Below, in pieces: positions 19,291 through 29,754 of a stretch of DNA of 52,797 bases. The stretch is taken from positions 1-52,797 of the IMG/VR virus record IMGVR_UViG_3300020731_000022. One strand, 5' to 3'. The notes under the pieces were generated by a model. The model made no database searches. It worked only from the letters and a program-made list of their open reading frames with translations, and was not told the origin of the DNA. The position numbers were made by a program, and so were the translations under genes. Numbering within the stretch: position 1 is the first letter of the stretch; every line of letters begins with the position of its first letter. The DNA is from a virus. Taxonomy: Duplodnaviria > Caudoviricetes.

Positions 19291-19698
19291 TTAATTCTTA
19301 GGTGGTACGGGGGCGCCATCTACATAGTTGGCATCTACCTGCTTGGTAGTCATATCATCTAATCCCCCGTTACCTTTTAGAACTGGAAATGTTGATTCAA
19401 CAGTACTATTTTCTGGTAAGTGAGTCATAGAGTTTGTTGCAATATAGCGAAATTTGCTAGCAAAAGCAAAAATGCCTTCTTCTTCAGATTTTTCGTTATT
19501 TCCTCTGGATGCTAATTCTTCTGCTTCTGTTTTACGATCTCTAGCAGATGCACAATTGACATGACCAAATAGTTCACGTTTTCCATCTTTAGAACGTCCA
19601 AGACTTACAACTGGGTTTCCTGGATTAGCTCCATATTCGCAATCAACACAGATAGCAGATTTATCGCCTAAATCTGATGATATTTTAAATATTGGCAT
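19291..19698 (-). CDS. Hypothetical protein (CxxC..HxxC)
   Basis: Coupled ORF; internal FASKFRYIA. Confidence 0.7.
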   Translation of the reverse strand: MPIFKISSDLGDKSAICVDCEYGANPGNPVVSLGRSKDGKRELFGHVNCASARDRKTEAEELASRGNNEKSEEEGIFAFASKFRYIATNSMTHLPENSTVESTFPVLKGNGGLDDMTTKQVDANYVDGAPVPPKN

Positions 19699-21818
19699 TA
19701 TTCTTCCTCTTCTTCATGTGAAAAACCGAGTGCTTCAAAAGCACCACGTAATCCACCATCTTGTTTAATTCCTTCAATAACTTTACGTTCATCTTGTGGT
19801 GTTTTTATGGCATCTTGACCAGCAGTTGATCTAACAACGTCAAGAAAGCCTTTTCTACCTTCTGGAGTGCTAATAACATCTTCCACTGTTGGTGGATCTA
19901 ACGGTACTTGAATACTTCTTCGTTTTCTAGCCGGTGTTACTTCTACTGCTGCTGGTGTACCACTACTATTGAATGCTTTGTTCGGAGATTCCATTGGTCT
20001 AGGTTGTTCTGTTGATAACTGACCACTAAATGCTGACCAGTTTGGACCAGTGTAATTTGATCGTGGTTCTATAGCATAACCAGGTCGGTCTTCCCAGCCA
20101 TAACCTATATCGTATTTTTTAGCAAAAGAATCGAATGCTTCATCACTATCAAAGTTGTTTCTATCAATACCTAAAGTTCTACGACTTTCATTAATTAAAC
20201 GTCTAAATACAGCTGCTGTTTTATCGCTATTAATTGTTGGCAATGCTTCTCTAAGTTCGTTTAGACCAAATCCAGTACCAACTTTGGTCTTTTTGTTAAC
20301 TGTTGTTTTTGATCCAGGTGCCCAACCACCGAGAGGGTTCTTTTTTGATGGTTTTGGTTTAGTATATAATTTATCGGCATTGGCAACTTCATTTCTTAAC
20401 ATTGTTTGAGCTTGTGTTCCTGAATGACAAATAAGCTCAGCAGTTGGATCAGTTACTGGTGCTAAAAAGTTTCCATCCACACTTTCCAAAGAATCGTATG
20501 CTCTTTGACCTTGCAATGTTGAGCGTTCTCCAAAGAACGGTGTTAGATTGTGAAATAAATTAGCAACATGTTTGCGAGCACCGGAAAACCTTGAATCCAT
20601 CTCACGAGAAACGTTCATAGCTTCTATTGGGTTATTATATTTTACTTCTCGTTTTCCCTTGCGTCCTTTTAACAAATCTCTTCGGAAAGTACGCATTTTA
20701 CCAATAGGTCGATAACTATAAACAATATCGTATTTTCCATTATCTTGTACGTTGGTAACTACAGCAAACATTTGTTTGTCTCTACCACCGCCACCAGCAT
20801 TGTAAACGTGTTCATTATCATTATAATCTTCTGGGTTTAATCTTTTCCCTATATTGGAATCAGGGTTTTCAAGGTCCCAGTTAAGAAAATGGCAAACCGT
20901 TCCAACTTTTAATGGTTCATCAAGTTTTTTAGTACCCATCAAAGTTAGTGCAGGTGCAATAGGTTCAAACTGATCATCCACTGCAACATACCTAAGTTTT
21001 TCGTCTTTGAATTCAGTACCATTAGGTTTAGCTTTTACATCTGCTGATCTAAGAGGAACATTGCTAGTTTCTCTGTGAGGTATACGGATAAATTGATCAA
21101 CCCAAGGTTGCAATGCACATTGTGGGTGGCATGCTTCGCCACTACAAAATTTATTGTGGAAAGAAATACTATGATTTTCAACTGCTGCTGATGCCTTAAT
21201 ATCTGTTAAACTACGTGCAGCATCTGTGTTATAACCAAGACCGTTGCATTTTAAACATCCTTGACCATTGCAACCACGACATTGATATGCTTCTGATTGT
21301 CTAAGCGATTCAGGAATTAAAGCATATACAGCTTTTACAAGTTCACGATTTTGTCTATTTTGTTGGAAATGGTTAGTTTTTTGTTGACGAGCTTCTGCTC
21401 TAACGGGGTCTTCTATGCGAGCTCTTCTCTTTTCGCCTATCCGTTCTTTAACGTGTTTTAACCATTGACTAGGACTAACTGTAACGTTTTCTGGAACCCA
21501 AGTTTTTACTAAATTACCTTCTTCATCGGGTCTTAAAACTTCTGTAGCTAACTCAGATCTTCTGTTGGGTGTTTGCAATGCCAACGTTTCAATTGGGCTA
21601 AATGCATCACGTTCATGTTCTTGAGATACTTGTTGTTGGATTGCTTTGTTTGATTCTTCATGAGTTTCTGATTCAATGCTTTTAGTTAATTTTTGTGCTT
21701 CTGGGTTTTCAAAGATGTTAAATCCACCTTCTCCACCACCATAAAGACCTTCAACGTCAGCATCATTATAGATGTCATCAAAACCTGCGTATTTAGAGTT
21801 AAATTTATTTTTCGGCAT
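19698..21818 (-). CDS. Large hypothetical protein with DnaJ-like CxxCxGxG motifs
   Basis: 706 aa; CRGCNGQGCLKCNGLG; N-terminal KFNSKYA. Confidence 0.8.
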   Translation of the reverse strand: MPKNKFNSKYAGFDDIYNDADVEGLYGGGEGGFNIFENPEAQKLTKSIESETHEESNKAIQQQVSQEHERDAFSPIETLALQTPNRRSELATEVLRPDEEGNLVKTWVPENVTVSPSQWLKHVKERIGEKRRARIEDPVRAEARQQKTNHFQQNRQNRELVKAVYALIPESLRQSEAYQCRGCNGQGCLKCNGLGYNTDAARSLTDIKASAAVENHSISFHNKFCSGEACHPQCALQPWVDQFIRIPHRETSNVPLRSADVKAKPNGTEFKDEKLRYVAVDDQFEPIAPALTLMGTKKLDEPLKVGTVCHFLNWDLENPDSNIGKRLNPEDYNDNEHVYNAGGGGRDKQMFAVVTNVQDNGKYDIVYSYRPIGKMRTFRRDLLKGRKGKREVKYNNPIEAMNVSREMDSRFSGARKHVANLFHNLTPFFGERSTLQGQRAYDSLESVDGNFLAPVTDPTAELICHSGTQAQTMLRNEVANADKLYTKPKPSKKNPLGGWAPGSKTTVNKKTKVGTGFGLNELREALPTINSDKTAAVFRRLINESRRTLGIDRNNFDSDEAFDSFAKKYDIGYGWEDRPGYAIEPRSNYTGPNWSAFSGQLSTEQPRPMESPNKAFNSSGTPAAVEVTPARKRRSIQVPLDPPTVEDVISTPEGRKGFLDVVRSTAGQDAIKTPQDERKVIEGIKQDGGLRGAFEALGFSHEEEEE

Positions 21819-24366
21819 TTTCCGATTCTTTCATCAATGGTTCAGCCATTACAAGTCCATTATCTTGTATAGATTTACGCAATGTGTCACGCATTTTTGC
21901 ACTACCTTCAGCACCTTGTTGATCAAATGATTTCATGATTACATTGCGCAAAGAATTCTCATACGCACTCATAGCTTCATCATTTGATTCACCAGCATCA
22001 TAAGCGTGTTCTAGTCGTGAAGCATTTTCAAACATTGGTTTTAATGATTCACGTAAGCTATCTGGTGATACGCCGGTACTTTCAATGGCAGATTGAATCT
22101 TAGGAATTGCTTCTTGAATTCTAGGGTGCAATGATTTTGCATTCATTGTACCATCTGGTTGTGTTTTAATAGTTGGAGTATCAACCGTTAATCCAGGAAT
22201 ATTCATTGGCAAAGATGCAAAACGTTTACCAATCAATTCATTAATATCTTCAAGCTCTGCACTGGCGGCACAAAATTTAGCATTTTTGCTTGCACGGTGT
22301 TTTTGACTTCTTTTGTTTAATTCTTCAAGAATGTCGGGTGTTATGTTGACTCCAGAAGTATAAACACCAACAAGATCAGAAGTAGTTAAATTTGGGCTAG
22401 ATTCATTTAAACCGTATTGTACAACTCTTCTTCCTTCGGCATCTGTTTCAGTATTTGGTAACTGAGTTACAGGATCCACTGTAGAAAAATCTGTCATTAG
22501 CTCATGAGGGTTTGTTGCTGCTCCACCAGGATAAGCTTTACCCATTGCATATTGAAAAAGCATGTTTGGTATTTTTATACCAGTTGGTGTTACCAATTGG
22601 TGATGACCTGCTGGAAGAATTAATGCTTTTTCACTGTAGGAACCGATTCTGCAATTTTTGCAAGGAGTAGTCCATCCTTCTGTATCAGTCTCTTGGAATT
22701 CATCATCACCATGACAATCAGGGCATGAAGGATCACCATGTGCTTTCCAACCATCAACGTTATCAATAGGAGCATAATCAAAACTTTCCAAAATTATCGG
22801 ATTACCATCAACATGTGTTACTTCTAATTCACGTTGTTCTACAGGAAATTCTTCTGGATCTTTAGTAACAGTTTTAGGAATTGTACCTGCTCCATTACAT
22901 TTAGCACAAACATGACCATCAGTTAATTTGATTGTTGCGTTATTTGAATGGCAATTCCCACATTCTACACCAAACTTAGGATTCATTGCAGAAAGGTCTT
23001 TACCAGTTTGCTTACATGTACGACATGGTATTGCTAACTCTTCAGATTTATTATTTTGCCATCTAAAACCTTCGCCATTACAATCAGGACAATTTGGACA
23101 ATCTTCTTGATTAAGAATACGTGTACGACCATTACCAAGACCTTCACCAATTTGCCTACTACCATCTTCAGAGTAAATTGGTGCACCTGGTATGCAATCT
23201 CCACAAAATGTTGAATTAATAGAACGATATGGATCTAGGGAACCATTAAAACAAGGTTGTCCTTTTCTCATTCCTGGACATTTTTCACGACTAGTTACAT
23301 TTCTAGATTCGTATCTATTGGGTGCTACATAAGTTGTCATTTCATCACCAAATTGGTCTTTACCAGTTGGTCTTCTAAAATATTTTTTAATTCTTGTTCC
23401 AGCAAGCCCAAGTGTTACCATTGGGATTCTTGCAATAGAAGACCCTCTATCAGCTAGTGTTCTAACATATCTAGTTTCTGAAGAAGTAGGGTCATCACTT
23501 AAATTTTCTGGCAACATTGATTGACGTAGTAAAGATTGACTAGAACGAAAGTCTTTACCAAGAGATATATTGCCAGATTCATCAACAATATATTTAGGTG
23601 TAAACTCATGTTTTCTATCAGCATGGTCTTCTTGACTTCTGCCACAAATGCAAGTATTTGCTTTAACTTCATCGCTAATAGATTTTACTTTTGGAGTTCT
23701 TCTATTCCTGGTGAATATGTTGGATAATACTTCTTCTGGACCATGTTCTTCGAATACGTTTAATGGATGAGTTGGATCAAGTTCGTCTACAAATGGCAAA
23801 CCACTTTGAGAACGTAGCATTGATGTTGCTGATTCTTGGTTTACAGTGCGACGAGCTTGCATAACGGCGTCAGTTGGTGGTTTAGGACCTCTAGTAACAC
23901 CGGGACTACCCTTTGGAACAAATACAGTAAGCCCATCTTTACCCAAACCTTCAAATTCTGGGAAATCATAACTTCCAGATGGCAATGGCACTGCTTCATA
24001 GCCAGACTCTGGACTACTCAACCATTCTTTCATTTGGTGAACTTTTAGAACACCACGGGCGTCTCTGTTATCTTTCCACTGTGGAAGAGAATCGTGGTAC
24101 AGTGCAATTTCAGAACGTGCAGCAGGGTTTCCTGACAAAAGTGCTTGTGCATCACCATGGAATACTCCATATGGTTTTCTAAGTTCAGTTTGTCGTTCTA
24201 CATACTTTTTTCTTCTTGCTGCAATATCAGCAGCTTCTGATGCATACGATTCATTAGCTTCTAATTGGGATTCATCAATATACGCTGGTGCTTCTTCGTG
24301 TGGAAGAAGGTTTGGAAGTCTACGATCTGATTCTTCTGCTGTTTTAAGAAATTTAAACTTACGCAT
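21805..24366 (-). CDS. Large Cys-rich protein with repeated CxxCxGxG motifs
   Basis: Likely start MRKFKFLKTA at 24366; CPDCNGEG, CRTCKQTG, CAKCNGAG, CPDCHG. Confidence 0.8.
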   Translation of the reverse strand: MRKFKFLKTAEESDRRLPNLLPHEEAPAYIDESQLEANESYASEAADIAARRKKYVERQTELRKPYGVFHGDAQALLSGNPAARSEIALYHDSLPQWKDNRDARGVLKVHQMKEWLSSPESGYEAVPLPSGSYDFPEFEGLGKDGLTVFVPKGSPGVTRGPKPPTDAVMQARRTVNQESATSMLRSQSGLPFVDELDPTHPLNVFEEHGPEEVLSNIFTRNRRTPKVKSISDEVKANTCICGRSQEDHADRKHEFTPKYIVDESGNISLGKDFRSSQSLLRQSMLPENLSDDPTSSETRYVRTLADRGSSIARIPMVTLGLAGTRIKKYFRRPTGKDQFGDEMTTYVAPNRYESRNVTSREKCPGMRKGQPCFNGSLDPYRSINSTFCGDCIPGAPIYSEDGSRQIGEGLGNGRTRILNQEDCPNCPDCNGEGFRWQNNKSEELAIPCRTCKQTGKDLSAMNPKFGVECGNCHSNNATIKLTDGHVCAKCNGAGTIPKTVTKDPEEFPVEQRELEVTHVDGNPIILESFDYAPIDNVDGWKAHGDPSCPDCHGDDEFQETDTEGWTTPCKNCRIGSYSEKALILPAGHHQLVTPTGIKIPNMLFQYAMGKAYPGGAATNPHELMTDFSTVDPVTQLPNTETDAEGRRVVQYGLNESSPNLTTSDLVGVYTSGVNITPDILEELNKRSQKHRASKNAKFCAASAELEDINELIGKRFASLPMNIPGLTVDTPTIKTQPDGTMNAKSLHPRIQEAIPKIQSAIESTGVSPDSLRESLKPMFENASRLEHAYDAGESNDEAMSAYENSLRNVIMKSFDQQGAEGSAKMRDTLRKSIQDNGLVMAEPLMKESENAEK

Positions 24367-24371
24367 AATGT

Positions 24372-25058
24372 TTACCATTCTGGTCCATTAAGATCGTATT
24401 CAGTGGTAGATATATCTGGTTCGTCTGCTTCTGTGGCGGTTGCATTAAAAATTCCACCGTGTTGAGCCACTAAATCTGATACATCAAATGGTCTTTCTGT
24501 AGCAGCCATTTCACTTTCATAAGGTTCAGCACCATCATATTGTGTATAAGCATTTTGTTTTTTCTGATCATCAGCCATGTTCTGAACATAATCAGTTTGT
24601 CTTGCAGCTGCTTGTTCTTTACCACGTCTCTTGGTAACTCTGTCTTTACGATCTCGAACCCATCCATTAAATAAACGTTGCATACTTGGAGATTCTCCTG
24701 GTAGCAAAGTTTTACGTAAACCGTGTAGCATAATGTGTAGTTTCATCATTTCATCATTAGCAGAATTATTGTGAGCTACACAAGTTGTCAAAACTGTACG
24801 ACCATTAGTTACATAACCTTCAGCTTTTGGTTTATTCTGAGAAGCATCAAAAGTAGGCGTATAATTTCCATCTTCAATTTCTGGATGAAAATCTGGATCG
24901 TAGTGATCAACAATATCGCAATGAGGATATTCTGATTTTGTTTGTCCGTATCGACGTAGAAATGCATCGTCAGGAAGCCTTACACGATCCCTAGCTACGT
25001 AGCAAGGTATGCCTGCAAGCGGTATGTCAGCAAAAATTTTTCTTATCTTTTTAGCCAC
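24372..25058 (-). CDS. Hypothetical protein
   Basis: GTG start after GAAGGA RBS; N-terminus MAKKIRKIFAD. Confidence 0.75.
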   Translation of the reverse strand: MAKKIRKIFADIPLAGIPCYVARDRVRLPDDAFLRRYGQTKSEYPHCDIVDHYDPDFHPEIEDGNYTPTFDASQNKPKAEGYVTNGRTVLTTCVAHNNSANDEMMKLHIMLHGLRKTLLPGESPSMQRLFNGWVRDRKDRVTKRRGKEQAAARQTDYVQNMADDQKKQNAYTQYDGAEPYESEMAATERPFDVSDLVAQHGGIFNATATEADEPDISTTEYDLNGPEW

Positions 25059-25060
25059 AA

Positions 25061-28000
25061 TTATCCTTCACACTTATACGTATCTGCTAGGAGTTGAGAA
25101 ATTTGTTGTCGTTGCTGTAATGGATCTTTGACAGTTCTTTTAATAATAGCCGTACCTTCATTGATAATGCCATTGAGTCGTGTCATTTCTTCTGGACCAA
25201 CCACTTCTGGTCGAATAATTCCACGGTTACATTTTGGACAACCCATATCATGTTCTATACGTGGTATAGGTACATTGTTAATGATTTTTGGAGCATCTTC
25301 TGGTAGTTCTTTAGGTTCAGCAATGTCTGGCAAACCATCTTGTTCCATCATGGCTTCTTGTTTAGCTATAGCTTGAGGGTCATCAAACATTGCATTTTGA
25401 CCCATAAAACTAGGTTTTTCTTGTCTCTGTGATTGCAAATCTTGTTCTAAAGATGACCTAGTAGGTTGATCGATATTTTGTCCACGATCCCTTAGAAAAA
25501 TTACAGGACCAACATTTTCAATATCAGATATTGCTTTTTCATTAGGTGTTGGCGGAGCATAATTTGCAAGGCTCTCTTCTCTATCTTCTGCAGCAATTGA
25601 TCTTGCATAGTCTAGAGCAGCTGTGTCTTTAGGATCAATACCTTCAGCTTCTGGGTTAGGAATTAAACTATTTTTAACACGTTCTTTAAGTAATGATACG
25701 GTTTCAGGAGATAATGATTCTTCAGTTGAATTTGTTGAATTGCGAGCATGTTGGCCTGGGGTATCATCATGTGGATAACCATTTACTTCTAGATCATGTT
25801 CTGGACATCCATCACAGTGGATAGTATCAGCGGATGATACACCTGAGCATTTTGGATTTTCACAATCTGAACAATGTTTTCTATTTACTGTCATTTCGCC
25901 AGTGTTTTTGCATGTAGGGCATATGTGATCTTTATCTTTAAAGACAATTTGAGATTTTCTTCTGCCTTTGCAACCTTTTTTCTTTTGCTTACACTTATTG
26001 CAGTGATCTTGTTGGTCATTCATTACAGTACCGCATGTGTCATCTTTGCAATTACGGCAATGAGTATCCCAGTATCTAAATAAGTTAAGTTTATTCCAAA
26101 CAGAATTACCATTACAAGTTGGGCATAGTTCTTTTTCTGGTGCTTCCATACCTTCACCTTCTAAAACAACGTCTCTTGTTCTAGGGATTGCTGGCATTGA
26201 TATTGATTGTCTTAGTTCAAGGTCATTGGGGTCATATGAAGAATCTACATCATAATCATCGTTGATAGCAGATTTTTTTGTAATACCTTCTCCACGTCTT
26301 TTCAAACGCAATGGATATTTTTTAGCATATGAAGGATCTGAGAACCTACTAAGGAAATGGTTGATAAAATCTTTGGCACCAAGAACACTTTTTGGATTAT
26401 ATCCAAGATATTCGTTGTATTCTTCTTGCGTTAGATCTGGGTGTAATACTTCACCTTCGCTATTAGTAGCAACTTGTTTGTTGCGTGGTCTAACAGGATA
26501 CTTAGTACTAATTTCTAAGTCAGAACCTGGCAAAAAGTCATTGGCATCAATATCTTCTGCATCACCCAATATACGTGGTCTTACAATCTCATCATATGAA
26601 TTTGGTGTAATAGCTTCATCACCAAGAGTGGCAACATTTTCTTGTTCTGAAGGTAGTGCTTTGTTTGCTACCTTACGACCATTCATGCCAAGAAATGCCC
26701 AAGGACGATTCTTACCGTATAAGAAGAAATTCTTTACACTTTCAACACCGTGACCAACTGTATTGCTAGGAGCCAATGGGTTACGCATAAGAACGGTTTG
26801 TGTTCCAGGGTATAGACCTTCTGGACTATTCCTATCTTGTTCACCAGCATCTCTCTGGAAAACAATACCTGCTCCAGTTTCAGCGTCTGGTTTTACTGTA
26901 GGGAATTTAAATTGAGGATCTGGTTTAAAGAAGCCAAGGTATGCTTCTGGGTCAACACCTTCAGGAACTGGTGCGCAGTTATTGGCACCATATACAAGTG
27001 GGTTGCAACGGTTATATCCGTCTGTTCTAGCAATACTCACACCGTCTTTTTCGCTTCTACCACAGTGAGAACATGGTAAAGTCTTATTGGGTTCTACATC
27101 AACATGAGTTGCAATTGGTTCGCCATAATCTATACAATCTTTATTGTCACAAGACAATGAAAGAATTGGCAACTTAATTCGCTTAATACCTCGTTGGTTG
27201 CCATTAGCATATGTTTCTTTAATCATTGGATTATCAAATACAGTGTCAAAAGGTACGGCTGTTACATTACCTTCTTCATCCATAAATTCTGAATTTTGTC
27301 TTCCTTCAGGTAATCCATCTATGGTGTGGTGCGCTGGATTGAGTTGAACTTTACGCAAATGAATTTTTTCGTCCAAAGCTTTTAATGCTCTATCAGATGC
27401 TTTGTAATCTTCATTTTCACTAAGGTCACCAAGTTGACGAGCTGTTTCACGAGTTTTTACAAGATCTGGTCTTCCTTTTTGAAGTTGTTCCAAATCTTTT
27501 GTTGTAGCTTCATGTAGTTCTGGACTAAAACGGTAGACTCTTCTCTCTCCAGATCCTTCTTGACCAGGGTAGAGAACATTATAATCGTTGTCTACAAATG
27601 CTTCGGTAGCAGCAATAGAATTACCGTGGTTAACACACTTAGTATTACCACAGATTGCACTGACTGGTTGTCGCATTGCACTAGTCTCACGACCATATGG
27701 GAACATACCAGGTTCCCAGTCATACTTTGGATAACGTCCTTTTTCACCACATACTGTGCATTTTTGTGGACGCATCAAGTCCAACATCTTGCTCATTAGT
27801 TTAGGGAATCGGTGACAAGTTGTACAAAAACCTTCTGAGTGAGTTGGCAAAGTCCAACTACCTGTTGTATCAGCAAAGTCTTCAGGTGCACTTTGCAACA
27901 CTTCAATAGGATTATACGAAGCTGTAGCGTTAGGGCTTTCGTGAGTTTCACCCTTTGGATGCCAAGCACCGGAAGCCACATCAAATACATGTTGACCATG

Positions 28001-28498
28001 TAGATTGGTGCTATTATGATCTACTTCACCATTTTCATTAGTTCTGAAATTACCAGGAATGTGAGTAGATGCTTTTAATCGAAACGAATCAGGTCCATCT
28101 GGTTCATAGAACAAGTGAATATCAAAATGACGACCACTATCGTGATGTTTTATTCCACTGAATATTTGTCGTTCTGGAGGTGTATCTCCAACATCAGCTC
28201 TAGATATTACAGCTGGAAGTTGAGCTAATCTATCTGCAAAACCTTTATGTGGGGTGCTTGCCATTCCTTCAGGAACATGATCGATGCTTGGATAGTTACC
28301 GTTGTACCAGTGTTCTTTGTTGCTATCCCACATGTTTTTGGCGTCATCAATGTGAACATTACCCATTCGTTGTTCGGCGGGTTCTCCAAATGCTGATTCT
28401 CCTACCATTTTTTGATAGTCAGTATTAACAGCTGGGTCTATGTTTCGTACTTCTGCAACTTTAGAGTTGTACTTTACTTTATATTTTGAATTGTACAT
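25061..28498 (-). CDS. Very large Cys-rich hypothetical protein (~1145 aa)
   Basis: Likely start MYNSKYKVKYNSKVA at 28498; many CxxC/CxxxxC pairs. Confidence 0.8.
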   Translation of the reverse strand: MYNSKYKVKYNSKVAEVRNIDPAVNTDYQKMVGESAFGEPAEQRMGNVHIDDAKNMWDSNKEHWYNGNYPSIDHVPEGMASTPHKGFADRLAQLPAVISRADVGDTPPERQIFSGIKHHDSGRHFDIHLFYEPDGPDSFRLKASTHIPGNFRTNENGEVDHNSTNLHGQHVFDVASGAWHPKGETHESPNATASYNPIEVLQSAPEDFADTTGSWTLPTHSEGFCTTCHRFPKLMSKMLDLMRPQKCTVCGEKGRYPKYDWEPGMFPYGRETSAMRQPVSAICGNTKCVNHGNSIAATEAFVDNDYNVLYPGQEGSGERRVYRFSPELHEATTKDLEQLQKGRPDLVKTRETARQLGDLSENEDYKASDRALKALDEKIHLRKVQLNPAHHTIDGLPEGRQNSEFMDEEGNVTAVPFDTVFDNPMIKETYANGNQRGIKRIKLPILSLSCDNKDCIDYGEPIATHVDVEPNKTLPCSHCGRSEKDGVSIARTDGYNRCNPLVYGANNCAPVPEGVDPEAYLGFFKPDPQFKFPTVKPDAETGAGIVFQRDAGEQDRNSPEGLYPGTQTVLMRNPLAPSNTVGHGVESVKNFFLYGKNRPWAFLGMNGRKVANKALPSEQENVATLGDEAITPNSYDEIVRPRILGDAEDIDANDFLPGSDLEISTKYPVRPRNKQVATNSEGEVLHPDLTQEEYNEYLGYNPKSVLGAKDFINHFLSRFSDPSYAKKYPLRLKRRGEGITKKSAINDDYDVDSSYDPNDLELRQSISMPAIPRTRDVVLEGEGMEAPEKELCPTCNGNSVWNKLNLFRYWDTHCRNCKDDTCGTVMNDQQDHCNKCKQKKKGCKGRRKSQIVFKDKDHICPTCKNTGEMTVNRKHCSDCENPKCSGVSSADTIHCDGCPEHDLEVNGYPHDDTPGQHARNSTNSTEESLSPETVSLLKERVKNSLIPNPEAEGIDPKDTAALDYARSIAAEDREESLANYAPPTPNEKAISDIENVGPVIFLRDRGQNIDQPTRSSLEQDLQSQRQEKPSFMGQNAMFDDPQAIAKQEAMMEQDGLPDIAEPKELPEDAPKIINNVPIPRIEHDMGCPKCNRGIIRPEVVGPEEMTRLNGIINEGTAIIKRTVKDPLQQRQQISQLLADTYKCEG

Positions 28499-28515
28499 AA
28501 TCAATTCTTAGCTTA

Positions 28516-29748
28516 TCACTTGTTCAAGATATTTTGCAATTGTGCAATTCTTGAACTAACTCTTGATCCAGCATTTCCCATTGCTTGTCCACCAATACTT
28601 TGAGGTGCCGGAGTTGATACTGGAGTAGGTGTTGGAGCAGCAGGAGTGGCTGGTGCAACAGGTGTCATTGCAGGTGCTGGGGTTGATACTGGAGTAGGAG
28701 TTGGAGTTGGAGTAGGTGCTTGTGTTGCAGGAGCAGGAGCAGCAGGTGTTGGTGCAGGAGTAGATGGAACTGGGGTTGCTTGTGATGTAAGAGGAGTTGT
28801 TGTTGGTGTTGAAGTAGTGGTGGTTGCAGGTGCCGGTGTCGAAGTTGCAGTAGATGAAGTAGGTACAGGAGCTGGTGCTGCAGGAGTAGGTGTGCTTATT
28901 TGATTTTGTGCAATGTTAGGATTAGTACTTATTGCAGGTGCAGGTGTGCTTACAGCAGGAATTGGAGAACTTATAGTGGGAGCAGGTGCAGCAGTTGGTA
29001 CTGTTGGTGCTACTACAGGAGCAGGTGCAGGGGTTGCTGCTATAGGAGTAGCTTTAGGAACTGCTGCTACAGGAGCAGGTGTAGCACTACCACCGGTACC
29101 TGGCATCATAGCAATCATGCCATCTTTAATAAAATTTGTATCGTTTGATCTCTTCAATCTCTCAGATAACTTAGCAATTCTTGCACTAATCTTAGAAGAA
29201 GCATTTTGCATTTGCTGTTCATCAATTCCTTGTGGTGGTGTAGCTTGTACAGGTGGTTGTTGAACAACATCACTAGAAACAGGAGCAGCAGGAGCAGAAG
29301 TAGGTACAAATGTTGTTGGTGCAGGAGTTGTTGGAGCTACAGGTTTTGTAGAATCAATAGATGTATCAACACCTTGTTGTGGAGCTTTTGGAAGATTGTT
29401 TTCATCAATAGTAGGATCACCAGTTAATCCAGGGTGCGTATTAACAGGAGTTGCAGGTGTTGTTTTAACAGGAGTTGCAGGTGCAGGTGTTGTTGCTTTT
29501 TGAAAAGCAGTTGATTGCGCTGGGGTAGCAGTATTTGTTAATGGTTTGCCAGGTGCAATTACACCAATACCACCGTTAGCGCCACCAGTAGGTGTAGAAA
29601 CTGGTTTTGAACTTGCTGGAGTTACACCAGAAGCTTGTTGGTGAGCAGCTGTTTGAGCAGCAGTAGGTAGAGTTACTGTAGGTGGTGCAGCTGGTGTTTT
29701 AGCAACACTTCCACCAGGATTAGCTGGTGCTAGTAATGCTATACGGTA
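28516..29748 (-). CDS. Pro/Thr/Ala-rich mucin-like segment, predicted -1 frameshift extension of 29739..30947
   Basis: The frame of ORF 28516..29211 stays open upstream to about 29769 with no ATG/GTG/TTG before 29211, and overlaps the end of the upstream gene at a slippery site. Confidence 0.75.
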   Translation of the reverse strand, partial: YRIALLAPANPGGSVAKTPAAPPTVTLPTAAQTAAHQQASGVTPASSKPVSTPTGGANGGIGVIAPGKPLTNTATPAQSTAFQKATTPAPATPVKTTPATPVNTHPGLTGDPTIDENNLPKAPQQGVDTSIDSTKPVAPTTPAPTTFVPTSAPAAPVSSDVVQQPPVQATPPQGIDEQQMQNASSKISARIAKLSERLKRSNDTNFIKDGMIAMMPGTGGSATPAPVAAVPKATPIAATPAPAPVVAPTVPTAAPAPTISSPIPAVSTPAPAISTNPNIAQNQISTPTPAAPAPVPTSSTATSTPAPATTTTSTPTTTPLTSQATPVPSTPAPTPAAPAPATQAPTPTPTPTPVSTPAPAMTPVAPATPAAPTPTPVSTPAPQSIGGQAMGNAGSRVSSRIAQLQNILNK

Positions 29749-29754
29749 AAATTT
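29700..29754 (-). other. Programmed -1 ribosomal frameshift signal (A_AAT_TTT, 6-nt spacer, hairpin)
   Basis: In-frame X_XXY_YYZ heptamer at 29748-29754, then ACCGTA, then TAGCATTACT-AG-CACCAG-CTAATC-CTGGTG-GA-AGTGTTGCTA. Confidence 0.75.

Noticed and set aside
29733-29741. TAG readthrough or stop-codon reassignment to explain the apparent coding gap at 29211-29739
   Set aside because: A second in-frame TAG follows two codons later, the coding continuation is in the -1 frame, and TAG ends other genes normally (e.g. the MCP)
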